This document shows, piece after piece, positions 18,316-27,487 of a stretch of 64,000 nucleotides of DNA. The stretch comes from an uncultured Actinomycetes bacterium (lineage in GTDB: Bacteria; Actinomycetota; UBA4738; HRBIN12), in the NCBI GenBank assembly GCA_963790335.1, contig CAWBOB010000007.1, positions 161,069-225,068 on the forward strand, given 5' to 3'. The notes below the pieces were generated by a model that saw nothing but the letters and a program-made list of their open reading frames with translations, searched no databases and was not told the origin of the DNA. Every line of letters starts with the position of its first letter. Position 1 is the stretch's first letter. The translations under genes were made by a program, and so were the position numbers.

Positions 18316-19485
18316 TCAGCTCTTGGCGGGGATCTCCTTCTTCGGGTCGAGGAAGGGCAGCGGCGTGACCGTCGCGGTCATCGGGCCGTCGGGCGACGAG
18401 ATCTCGATGCGCGTGCCTTCGGAAGCGCTGGCGATCGGCACCCAGGCGAACCCCATATTGCGCTCGAGCCGCGGCGAGTACGAGGCGCTGACAAGCCGGC
18501 CGACCTTCTCGTTCCCGTCCACCACCGGCCAGAAGTCCTCGAGCCACATGCCGAGCGGGTCGCCGTCGATCGTGGCGCCCACGAGCTTCTGCTGCACGCC
18601 CTCGTCGCGGATGAGCTTCAGCGCAGCACGCGAGACGAACTCGTTGTCGTTGTCGAGCTCGACGAGCCGCTCGAGCCCGCTGATCTCGAACGGGTTGTTC
18701 GTGATGTCCATGTCGTTGCCGTAATTGAAGATGCCGGCTTCCATGCGGCGCTGGTCGCTCGGCGCGATCGCGCGCAGCTCGAACTCCTCGCCGGCGGCCA
18801 TGATCGCGTCCCACAGGTCGAGGGCGCGCGAGGAATCGCGCAGGTACACCTCGTAGCCGAGCTCCGCGCTCCAGCCCGTGCGCGAGACGACCACGGGGAT
18901 GCCGCCGAGCTCGGTCTGCTTGTTCCAGTAGTACCGCTGGTCGGCCACGTCGTCGCCGAAGAGCTTCCGGATCAGCGGCTTCGACAACGGGCCCTGGATC
19001 TGCAACGGCGACACGTCGGGCTCGCGGATCTCGACGTCCATGTTCGCGAAGGCCTGCACGCCGAGCGCGTACAGCAGCGCGTCGCTGTCGGCGAGCGACA
19101 GCCAGAAGTGATCCTCGGCGAGCTTCAGCAGGATGGGGTCGTTCACGATGCCGCCGTCGGGCGCGCAGAGCAGCACGTACTTGCACTGCTCCGGCTGCGT
19201 CTGCGAGAGATCGCGTGGCGTGAGCAGCTGGGTGAACCGCGCGGCGTCGGGACCGGTGATCTCGACCTGGCGCTCGACCGCGACGTCCCAGAGCGTCACC
19301 TTCTCGACGAGGTGCCAGTACTCCTTGACGTCGTCGTCGTACAGCGTCGGGATCAGCATGTGGTTGTACAGATCCCAGCTCGTGCAGCCGGCTTCCACGG
19401 TGCGCTGGAAGTACGGCGACTTCTTGTACCAGCTCGCGAAGTAGAACGGGAACGACGAGTTCTGCTCGGCCATCGGGTGGGTCAT
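18316..19485 (-). CDS. Aminomethyltransferase family protein (GcvT/DmdA/LigM-like folate-dependent demethylase)
   Basis: Real start ATG 19485 (MTHPMAEQNSS...) forms an ATGA overlap with the upstream stop. GcvT-fold segments: WDVAVERQVEITGPDAARF, SRTGWSAELGYEVY, MEAGIFNYGNDM. Confidence 0.85.
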   Translation of the reverse strand: MTHPMAEQNSSFPFYFASWYKKSPYFQRTVEAGCTSWDLYNHMLIPTLYDDDVKEYWHLVEKVTLWDVAVERQVEITGPDAARFTQLLTPRDLSQTQPEQCKYVLLCAPDGGIVNDPILLKLAEDHFWLSLADSDALLYALGVQAFANMDVEIREPDVSPLQIQGPLSKPLIRKLFGDDVADQRYYWNKQTELGGIPVVVSRTGWSAELGYEVYLRDSSRALDLWDAIMAAGEEFELRAIAPSDQRRMEAGIFNYGNDMDITNNPFEISGLERLVELDNDNEFVSRAALKLIRDEGVQQKLVGATIDGDPLGMWLEDFWPVVDGNEKVGRLVSASYSPRLERNMGFAWVPIASASEGTRIEISSPDGPMTATVTPLPFLDPKKEIPAKS

Positions 19486-21104
19486 CCTTTCCGTCGGGAT
19501 GCGGCGCGGCGCCGGTCCCGCTTGATCTCGCGGACCATGTTGTAGGCGGGGATGCCGCAGACGCCGCCGCCCGCATGCGTGGCGCTGGAGCACTGGTACA
19601 GCCCCCGGATCGGCGTGCGGTAATCGGCGTAGCCCGGCGCCGGCCGCATGTGGAACAGCTGCTCGGCGCTCAGCTCCCCGTGGAAGATGTTGCCGCCGAT
19701 CAGTCCCCACTCCTGCTGCATCTCGTGGGGGCCGATCACCTGGCGGTGCAGCACCGAATCGGCGAACCCCGGCGCGAGCTCGTCGTAGCCGGCGATCACG
19801 CGGTCGGCGTAGGCCTCGAGCTCGGCCTGGTGCGGTTCCTCGCTCCACTCGTGCGGCACCCACTGCGTGAACAGCGAGACGACGTGCTTGCCCTCGGGGG
19901 CGAGGGTGCGGTCGTAGACGGTCGGCATCACCCCGTCGCTGAACGGCGCGGTCGCCGGCTCCCCCGCGCGCGCCTGCTCGAACGCCTTCTCGAGGTAGGA
20001 GACCGAATGCGCGAGCTCGAAGCCGCCGGTGAGGTCCGTGAGCTCGGGCATCGCCGTGAACACCGGGGCACGATCGAGCGCGGCGTTGATCTTCACCACG
20101 CCGCTACGCGTCTTCCAATGTTCGATGTCGTCGACGAAGTCGGGGGGAAGGTCGACCCGGTCGATCTGGTCGAGGAACGTGATCTTCGGGTGGATCGCCG
20201 TGACGACGAGCGGCGCGCGCAGCTCCTCGCCGGACTCGAGCACCACGCCCGTCGCCGCGCCGCCGTCGACGAGGATCTTCGCGACCTTGGCGCCCGTGCG
20301 GATCTCGGCGCCGTGCGACCGCGCGCTCGAGGCGATCGCGTCGCTCACCGCGCCCATGCCGCCCTCGGGCACCGCCCACGAGCCGAGATGGCCATCGCCC
20401 ACGTCGCCGATCGAGTGGTGGGCCATCACGTAGCCGGTGCCGGGCTCGTACGGCCCTGCCCACGTGCCGATCAGGCCGTTGAGCGCCATCACCGTCTTGA
20501 CCTGATCGGACTCGAAGAACCGGTCGAGCAGGTCGACGACCGACATCGTCATCAGCTGGGTCACGTCGGCGAGCCCGCGCACATCGAGCCCACGGAACCG
20601 CCATGCGAGCCGGAGCTGCTCCGTGAGATCGGAGGGTTTCAGGGAGCCGAGCCTCGGGGGCGTGGTCATCATCAGCGGCCCGAGCACCTCGGCGAGCCCG
20701 CCGATCCAGGCGTCCCATCGTTCGATCGCGTCGGCGTCGCGCTTGCTGAACTGCGCGAACGACTCGTAGTTCTTCCTCGCGTCGTCGTCGGCCTGCACGA
20801 TGCAGCGCCCGTCGGGGAACGGCAGGAAGTACGGCCCGACGGGCGTCGCCTTATAGCCGTGGCGGGCGAGCTCGAGGTCACGCAGGATCGTGTCGGGCAT
20901 CAAGCTCATCACGTAGCTGAGCGTGGTGACCTTGAACTCGGGCGCGTCGGGCCAGGGGGCCATCGTGTCGGCGGCGCCACCGACCTTGTGCCGGGCCTCG
21001 AGCACGACCGTTCGCGCTCCTGCCTTCGCGAGGTAGGCCGCAGCGACGAGCCCGTTGTGCCCTCCGCCTACGACGATCGCGTGGTACCCGTTCGCCGACG
21101 TCAT
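19482..21104 (-). CDS. NAD(P)/FAD-dependent oxidoreductase, phytoene desaturase (CrtI)-like family
   Basis: C-terminal 540 aa of the 1004-aa track ORF. ATG 21104 (MTSANGYHAIVVGGGHNGLVAAAYLAKAG, GxGxxG) follows SD ggaaggaa. Confidence 0.85.
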   Translation of the reverse strand: MTSANGYHAIVVGGGHNGLVAAAYLAKAGARTVVLEARHKVGGAADTMAPWPDAPEFKVTTLSYVMSLMPDTILRDLELARHGYKATPVGPYFLPFPDGRCIVQADDDARKNYESFAQFSKRDADAIERWDAWIGGLAEVLGPLMMTTPPRLGSLKPSDLTEQLRLAWRFRGLDVRGLADVTQLMTMSVVDLLDRFFESDQVKTVMALNGLIGTWAGPYEPGTGYVMAHHSIGDVGDGHLGSWAVPEGGMGAVSDAIASSARSHGAEIRTGAKVAKILVDGGAATGVVLESGEELRAPLVVTAIHPKITFLDQIDRVDLPPDFVDDIEHWKTRSGVVKINAALDRAPVFTAMPELTDLTGGFELAHSVSYLEKAFEQARAGEPATAPFSDGVMPTVYDRTLAPEGKHVVSLFTQWVPHEWSEEPHQAELEAYADRVIAGYDELAPGFADSVLHRQVIGPHEMQQEWGLIGGNIFHGELSAEQLFHMRPAPGYADYRTPIRGLYQCSSATHAGGGVCGIPAYNMVREIKRDRRRAASRRKG

Positions 21105-21136
21105 CGCGTTCCTTCCAGCGGCCATCGGGGGCCGCC

Positions 21137-21167
21137 AACGACCGGACGTTACTCCTGAACGGTCGTT
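21137..21167. repeat. Inverted repeat AACGACCG-N15-CGGTCGTT in the lower-GC spacer between the MFS and oxidoreductase coding parts
   Basis: Read from the sequence. The region 21105-21229 looks intergenic (ttcaatccaaatcgtgatc). Confidence 0.5.
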
Positions 21168-21229
21168 CAATCCAAATCGTGATCCGAGGGGATCCGCGGG
21201 GAGAGCGCGAACGAGAGCCCGGGATGGGC

Positions 21230-22496
21230 TCAGATCGCTGGGGGTCGGTTCCTGGTGCTCGCGGCCGAGCGGGCGCACGAGCACCAGCGCAGAGGCGAGG
21301 CAGCTCAGCCCGCCGACGACGTATGCGCCGCGAGGACCGAGGGCGTCGACGACCTCCCCGCCGAAGGCGAACGAGAGTGCGAGCGCGATCAGGATCGCGG
21401 ATTCGCTGGCCCCGATCACCCGGCTGCGAACGTGGTCGGGCGTCCGCCGCTGCAGGATGCCCTGCTCCGCGACGCCTCCGATGCCTTCCCCCGTGCCCGC
21501 GCCGACCATGAGGCCGACCGCGAGCGGCAACCACGGCGCGATGCCGATCAGCCCGAGGCAGAGCCCGACGAGCGCCACGCCCCAGATCAGGGCGCGCGCT
21601 TCGTGGTGCTCCCGCAGGTAGCGCTGAGCGAGGAAGGAGCCCAGGGCCGCGCCTCCGCCCCACCCGGCGTTCAGCAGGCCGTACCCGATCGAGCCGGCGC
21701 CGAGCTCGTCGGCGAGCGCCACCTCGGCGACCAGCGTGAACCCGGCGCCCAGCAGCAGCACGACCCAGGCGAGCGTGATGGCGCGCAACACGCGGTCGCG
21801 CAGCAGGAAGACCACTCCATCTCGCAGACCGCCGAACCGATGGTCCTCGCCCCGTTCGCCCGTGAAGGAGCCCTGCGTCGTCGCGATGAGCCAAGCCGAC
21901 CCGGCGAACGAGACGGCGTTCAACCCGAAGACCCAGTAGCCGGCCACGCGGAGCTGCTCGGGCGTCGAGTCGGGGGCGACCACGGCCACCAGCACGCCGC
22001 CGAGGATCGGGCCGACGAGGTTCCCGATGTTACGCCCGACGGCGACCAGCCCGTTCGCCCATGTCAGATCTTCGGGACGCACCAGGTTCGGCACCGCGGC
22101 GGCCGACACCGACCAGATCGGCGACTCGAGCGTGGCCGTGACGAAGGCCATGATGAGCAGCTGGCCGGGGGTGCGCGCGAAGGCGAGCGCCACGAAGCCG
22201 GCGGCAGCGGCGAGGTCGGCGATCACGAGCACCCGCCGGCGGTCGAAGCGATCGCCGAGGGCGCTGCCGAGCGGCGCGAACACACCCTGCGCGCCGAACG
22301 TGAGGAGCAGCGTCCACGAGACCCACCGAGACTCGCCCGTGAGCTGGAACATGATGTAGGCGAGCGCGGCGAAGGCTGCTCCGCTTCCCGTGAGCGAGAC
22401 CAGGCGAGCCGCGGCCAGCCGTCGCACGGCGGCACGTTCGCGTGAGGCCATCGGATGCCGAGGCTCCGAGGGTGCGGGGTTCGGTGAGCGATCCAT
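21230..22496 (-). CDS. MFS transporter; stop codon missing as sequenced
   Basis: N-terminal ~420 aa of the 1004-aa ORF, with multiple TM segments. ATG 22496 follows SD aaggag. Deleting one base of the G5 run 21240-21244 gives ...REHQEPTPAI-TGA at 21230-21232. Confidence 0.75.
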
Positions 22497-22699
22497 GAAG
22501 CGGGACTCCTTGCGGGGCGGTGCGGGTTACCTGATCGGGCGGTGGTGCGCTACCGCGTGGTGCGCGGTCCGGCGACTGCCGGCGCACCGGCAGCATCACC
22601 GGTCATCAGGAACGTCCGCTTCATGGTGCCGGGACGCTACCACAGAGCGTCGGCGCGTCTGCCCAGCGTCGATGCCCGCGACGACGCCGCGCCCGGCGA

Positions 22700-24283
22700 T
22701 CACACGGGTGGAAGCGTGACCGTTCGCAGCTGGTGGGCTTCGATCACGCTCGCGACCCGATCCAGCACGTCCAGGGGCACCTCGGTGTCGACCGTGAGGC
22801 ACATCAACGCGTCTCCGCCCTCGGCCTTGCGGCCGACATCCATCGTGGCGATGTTGACGCCGTGCTCGCCGAGCATCGTGCCGACGGTGCCGATGATGCC
22901 CGGCCGGTCGACGTAGGTGAAGAAGACCATGTGCCCGGCCGGCGTCACCTCGATCTCGAACCCGTTGACCTGCGTGACTCGATCGTGATCCCTGCCGAGC
23001 ACCGAGCCCGACACGGTGACCGGATCGGCATCGGTCTCGGCACGCAGGGTGATCGAGCTCACGTAGTCCTGCGAGACGGTCGAGCGCATCTCGCTCACCG
23101 TGAGGCCGCGTTCCCGCGCGAGCATCGGAGCGTTCACGTACGACACCGGCTCGTGCACGGTGCGCCCCAAGATGCCCTTGAGGATCGCGAGCGTCAGCAC
23201 ACGCGTGTCCGACTCGGCGATGCGCCCGAGGTACGACGCCACGATCGAGCGCACGCCTCCCTCTGCGAGCCCCGCCGTGAGCGCGCCGAGCCGCTCGGCG
23301 AGCGGCACGAAGGGGCGAACGACCTCGGTCACCTCCGCACCGGCCGACACGTTCACCGCGTAGGGCACGAACTCGCCGCTCAACGCCAGGCGCACCATCT
23401 CTGCGACCGTCGTGCCCGCCTTGTCCTGCGCTTCCTTCGTGGAGGCGCCGAGGTGGGGCGTGATCACGACCGAGTCGAGCGAGAACAGCGGCGAGTCGGT
23501 CGTCGGCTCCACCGCGAACACGTCGAGCGCCGCACCGCCGAGATGGCCGCTCTCGATGGCCTTGGCGAGCGCGTCCTCGTCGACGATGCCGCCGCGGGCG
23601 GTGTTGACGAGCCGCGCTCCCTGCTTCATGAGCCGGAGTTCGTGCTCGCCGATCAGGCCTTCGGTCTCCGACGTGCGAGGAAGGTGGATCGAGACGAAGT
23701 CGGCCTGCACCAGCAGAGCCTCGAGCGACGGCATCGCGTCGACACCCATCTCCTTCGCGCGTTCGCCGCTCACGTACGGGTCGAAGGCGATCACCCGCAT
23801 GCCGAACCCGGCAGCGCGCGACGCCACCAGCGCCCCGACACGACCGAGCCCCACGAGCCCGATCGTCTTGCCGGCGAGCTCCACGCCTTCCCACCGTGAG
23901 CGCTCCCAGGACCCGGCTTTCAGCGCGGCGTGCGCCTGCGGGGTGTTGCGAGCCTGCGCGAGCAGCAGCGCCATCGCTTGTTCGGCCGCGCTGATGATGT
24001 TGGACTGCGGCGCGTTCACGACCATCACGCCTCGCCTCGTCGCCGCGTCGACGTCGACGTTGTCGAGACCGATGCCGGCGCGGGCCACGACCTTCAGGTG
24101 CTCGGCTGCCGCCAGCACCTGCTCGGAGACCTGGGTGGCGCTGCGGATGATCAACGCATCGTAGGGCGCGATCTCGGCTGCGAGGTCGCCGGCGGCGAGA
24201 TCCGGGCGCTCGTCCACCTGGAACTCACCCCGCAACAGCTCCAGCGCATGCGCGGAGAGCGGCTCGGTGACGAGGATCCTCAC
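22700..24283 (-). CDS. serA: D-3-phosphoglycerate dehydrogenase
   Basis: Track ORF 22700..24346. GTG 24283 (VRILVTEPLS) follows SD gagga. GLVGLGRVGALVA NAD motif. C-terminal ACT-type domain. ~527 aa. Confidence 0.92.
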   Translation of the reverse strand: MRILVTEPLSAHALELLRGEFQVDERPDLAAGDLAAEIAPYDALIIRSATQVSEQVLAAAEHLKVVARAGIGLDNVDVDAATRRGVMVVNAPQSNIISAAEQAMALLLAQARNTPQAHAALKAGSWERSRWEGVELAGKTIGLVGLGRVGALVASRAAGFGMRVIAFDPYVSGERAKEMGVDAMPSLEALLVQADFVSIHLPRTSETEGLIGEHELRLMKQGARLVNTARGGIVDEDALAKAIESGHLGGAALDVFAVEPTTDSPLFSLDSVVITPHLGASTKEAQDKAGTTVAEMVRLALSGEFVPYAVNVSAGAEVTEVVRPFVPLAERLGALTAGLAEGGVRSIVASYLGRIAESDTRVLTLAILKGILGRTVHEPVSYVNAPMLARERGLTVSEMRSTVSQDYVSSITLRAETDADPVTVSGSVLGRDHDRVTQVNGFEIEVTPAGHMVFFTYVDRPGIIGTVGTMLGEHGVNIATMDVGRKAEGGDALMCLTVDTEVPLDVLDRVASVIEAHQLRTVTLPPV

Positions 24284-24293
24284 GGTGCGGTCC

Positions 24294-25454
24294 TCAGGAT
24301 GAGCGCGATTCCATGAACACGGTCTCGGCCGCCGCCACCGCGGCACCGCGCTTGACCGGGTGCCCGAGCGACTCGAGCGTCATCTCGAGGGCCGCGAGCC
24401 CCCTGATGATGTCGAGCTCGCTGAAGTACCCGAAATGCCCGATGCGGAAGACCTTCCCCTTCAAGGGACCTTGTCCGGGAGCGAGCACGCACCCGTGCTC
24501 GGCGCGGATCGTGTCGCTGATCGTGTCGGCGTCGGCCGACTCGGGAGCCCGGATCGCGGTGACCGTCCAGTTGTCGTCGAGGCCCTCGCCGAACAGGTCG
24601 AGGCCGAGGGCCTTCGCGCCTTCCTTGACGGCGCGCGAGAGCATCCGGTGGCGGCGCATCGCGGCGTCGACCCCGTCTTGGAAGTAGAGCTCGAGCGCGG
24701 CCTGCAACCCCTGCATCACGCTGATCGCCGGGGTCCACGGGTTCTCCGGATGCGGAAGGTCGGCGAAGCGCTTGTACGTGGCCCAGTCGAAGTAGAAGCG
24801 GGGGTTGGTCGCCGACCGTGAGGCCTGCCAAGCTCGATCGCTGATCGCCACGAACGCGATGCCGGGCGATGCGCTGAGCGCCTTCTGCGATCCGCCCACG
24901 GCCACGTCGATGCCCCACGCGTCGAACTCGAACGGCACGGCCCCGAGCGACGAGACGACGTCGACGATCACGAGCGCTCCGGCGTCGTTGGCCACCTTCG
25001 CGACCTGCTCGATCGGCTGGATCACGCCGGTCGAGGTCTCCGACTGGGTGAGCAGCACCGCCTTCACCGGATGCTCGGCGAGCGCCGCCGCAACCTCGTC
25101 GGGACGGATGCGCTCGCCCCACTCGTAGTCGACCGTGTGCACGGTGAGCCCGAAGGTTTCCGCGAGCGCCTTGAACCGCTCCGCGAAGAAGCCAGCGACG
25201 GGCACCAGCACCTCGTCACCGGGTGAGAAGCAGTTCGCGATGGCCGATTCGAGCCCGCCGGTGCCGCTCGAGGTCATGAGCAGCACGTCTGCCGACTCGG
25301 TGCGGTAGAGCTCCTTCAGCCGCGACGTGACCCCGCGCATGATGCTCCCGAAGCCCGGCCCGCGGTGGTAGACGAGCGGGCTCCCCTGGGCGAGCAGCAC
25401 CTCGGGCGGGATCGGTGTCGGGCCGGGTGCCAGGATGATCTCGGGCCTGTTCAC
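24294..25454 (-). CDS. Class V aminotransferase (serine/alanine-glyoxylate or phosphoserine aminotransferase type)
   Basis: 386 aa. GPTPIPPEVL start and the SQKALSASPG PLP-lysine region. Immediately upstream of serA. Confidence 0.85.
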   Translation of the reverse strand: MNRPEIILAPGPTPIPPEVLLAQGSPLVYHRGPGFGSIMRGVTSRLKELYRTESADVLLMTSSGTGGLESAIANCFSPGDEVLVPVAGFFAERFKALAETFGLTVHTVDYEWGERIRPDEVAAALAEHPVKAVLLTQSETSTGVIQPIEQVAKVANDAGALVIVDVVSSLGAVPFEFDAWGIDVAVGGSQKALSASPGIAFVAISDRAWQASRSATNPRFYFDWATYKRFADLPHPENPWTPAISVMQGLQAALELYFQDGVDAAMRRHRMLSRAVKEGAKALGLDLFGEGLDDNWTVTAIRAPESADADTISDTIRAEHGCVLAPGQGPLKGKVFRIGHFGYFSELDIIRGLAALEMTLESLGHPVKRGAAVAAAETVFMESRSS

Positions 25455-25518
25455 GGTGCGGAATCAACTCCTCGGCGGTCCGTCGGGCTCGAAGTCTCAG
25501 CCTAGCAGGGAGCTCCTC

Positions 25519-25535
25519 TAGTCTTGCTCAGACTA
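25519..25535. repeat. Palindrome TAGTCT-TGCTC-AGACTA (second copy)
   Basis: Read from the sequence, and extends to CTAGTCT...AGACTAG (25518-25536). It lies in the promoter-side gap upstream of the aminotransferase-serA pair. Confidence 0.6.
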
Positions 25536-25543
25536 GGTGCACC

Positions 25544-25556
25544 GGCGTGACACGCC
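25544..25556. repeat. 13-bp perfect palindrome GGCGTG-A-CACGCC
   Basis: Read from the sequence, 8 nt from the TAGTCT palindrome. Confidence 0.5.
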
Positions 25557-25602
25557 GCTCGAGGTCGAGTGTCTGACGGACGGTGGGCGCTGGCACCGCC
25601 TG

Positions 25603-25839
25603 TCAGAACCGGAGCGCCTTCCAGACGTCGTCCCCGCGATCGACGAAGGCGTCGGGATCGAGCTCGACGAGGAGAGGGCGTGCGCCGGGTTCGCGCTTGA
25701 GCACGCGGTCGAGCATCGAGCTCCTGCCGCCGGCGCGTGCCAGCGCGTTCGCCGTTCGATCTCGCCGCACCTCACGGATGCGGCGTTGCAGGGCCAGGTC
25801 TCAGACCGGGTGACCGATGGCCGGACCGCCGATGTGCAT
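25603..25839 (-). CDS. Small hypothetical ORF (78 codons) interrupted by an in-frame TGA at 25801-25803
   Basis: ATG 25839 lies 3 nt after the reductase stop. Translation: [80 protein letters not shown], stop at 25603-25605. GC3 is high, but the antisense frame is equally GC3-rich. No family recognised. Confidence 0.3.
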
Positions 25840-25842
25840 GGG

Positions 25843-27079
25843 TCAGCCTTCCTTCGTCGCCGGCACGAGGGTGCGGAGGTCGACCTCGGGATCGGCGAGC
25901 GCATCGGGCTCTGGCGTCACCTGTGCCGAGATGAGCCCGAACGACCGGCGCACGTCGCGCTTGTGGTCGAGGCTCACGGTCGACCGCACGACCCCGTCGG
26001 TGTCGAGCAGGAAGGCGCAGAACGACCGGTCTTCGAGCGAACCACGCACCACCATGCGGTCCCAGGTCGCGGCGAACCCTGCCATCTGCACCTGGGAGTC
26101 GTACTGATCGGACCAGAACCAGTGCGGGTCGTCGAAGACGTCGGCCGCGCCGAGCATGTTGCGCGCGGCGGTCTGGCCCATCTTGATCGCGTTGTCGAAG
26201 TGCTCGACACGGATCGGTCCGAACACGGGGTGCTCGTGACGGGCGACGTCGCCCGCCGCGAACACACCGGGGATCGACGTTTCCAGCGTGGGACCCACGG
26301 GGATGCCGCCGCCCTGATCCAGCCCGGTGCCGGCCATGAACTCGGTGCAGGGCTCGGTGCCGACTCCCACGACCGCGAGGTCGGCCTCGATGCGACGACC
26401 GCCGCCCGTGACGACCGCTTCGAGCCGGCCGTCGCCCTCGAAGCTCGCCACCGCTTCGTTGAACATCATCTGCACGCCGTGATCGCGGTGGAGCCCCTCG
26501 AGCGCCCGCCCGATGTCGGGGCCGAGCACCCGGTACAGGGTGGTCTCGAAGACCTCGACGACCGAGACCTCGTGGCCGAGCATGCGCATCGAGGCCGCGA
26601 CCTCCGCACCGATGAACCCCATGCCCACGCAGACCACGCGTGCGCCGGCGGTCGCCGCTTCCTTGATCCGCTCGGCGTCGGCCGCGGTGCGCAGGTCGAA
26701 GACGCCGGGAAGCGTGGCGCCGGGCACGTCGAGCCGGCGGTTGCGGCTTCCGGTCGCGACCAGCAGAGCGTCGTACGCGACGCGCTCGCCGCCCGCGAGC
26801 ACGACCTCGCGCGCGGAAGCGTCGAGCTGCACGGCCCGCGTGCCGAACCGGGCCTCGATCCCGTTGTCGCCGTACCACTGCTCGGGGTCGCACGTACTGG
26901 TCCTCGAGCGGTGCTTCCCCACGCAGGACCTGCTTCGAGAGTGCGGGGCGCTCGTACGGAGGAAGCCGCTCCGCTCCGACGAGGACCACCCGGCCGTCGA
27001 AGCCCTCGTCGCGCAGCGTCGCAGCGGCCGTGGCGCCGGCGAGGGACCCGCCGACGATCACTACGGTCCGGCGGGCCAC
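25843..27079 (-). pseudogene. FAD-dependent ferredoxin/rubredoxin--NAD(P)+ reductase, frameshifted as sequenced
   Basis: N-terminus is in ORF 25772..27079 ([27 protein letters not shown]...ERPALSK). The rest is in ORF 25843..26922 ([14 protein letters not shown]...[15 protein letters not shown]...AAGDVA). The switch is at the G4 run 26884-26887. Removing one base gives YVRPEQWY. Confidence 0.8.
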
Positions 27080-27090
27080 CGTGACCTGCC

Positions 27091-27402
27091 TCAGGCTTCG
27101 ATCTTCAGCTCGCCGCCGTCGTCGGTGACGGGGAACGTCTGGATCGGCTCGGTCGCGGGACCCTGCAGCACCTCACCGTCGGTCATCTCGAAGACGCTGC
27201 CGTGACACTCGCACTCGATCGTCGTGCCGTCGATCTCGCCTCCGAGCGAGAGGTTGCACTGACGGTGCGTGCAGATGTCGCTGAACGCGTAGAGGTTGCC
27301 ATCGACGCGGGCCACCGCGATCTGCGCCCCGTTGACGTCGAACGCGTTCGCGTCGCCCTCGGCGACCTCGTCGGCCTTGCCGACGGTGATCCACTCCGCC
27401 AC
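27091..27402 (-). CDS. Rieske-type [2Fe-2S] ferredoxin
   Basis: 103 aa. CTHRQC...CECHGSVF (CxH / CxxH ligands). Confidence 0.9.
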   Translation of the reverse strand: MAEWITVGKADEVAEGDANAFDVNGAQIAVARVDGNLYAFSDICTHRQCNLSLGGEIDGTTIECECHGSVFEMTDGEVLQGPATEPIQTFPVTDDGGELKIEA

Positions 27403-27487
27403 GTGGGCACCTCCATGATCGACCGGCGCCCGACGGGCGCGTTCGCCGAAAGCTTACGCGGAGAGCGCGCGAAGCCCGCTTCTCGGC

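Noticed and set aside
22552-22624. 24-codon minus-strand mini-ORF (MKRTFLMTGDAAGAPAVAGPRTTR) and the CTGCCGG-N4-CCGGCAG hairpin (22576-22593) between serA and the MFS gene
   Set aside because: The mini-ORF has no SD and is too short to support. The hairpin may be a weak serA terminator but has no supporting features.
25801-25803. Selenocysteine recoding of the in-frame TGA (a hairpin lies 15 nt downstream)
   Set aside because: There is no redox-type Cys/Sec motif around the codon, no sel genes in the window, and GC-rich hairpins are frequent by chance. The coding status of the ORF itself is uncertain.
25537-27084. 515-aa plus-strand ORF starting right after the TAGTCT palindrome, with high GC3 in its first 60 codons
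   Set aside because: It has no stop until it has traversed the whole ferredoxin reductase gene antisense. Its GC3 signal is explained by sharing codon position 2 with the opposite-strand frame.
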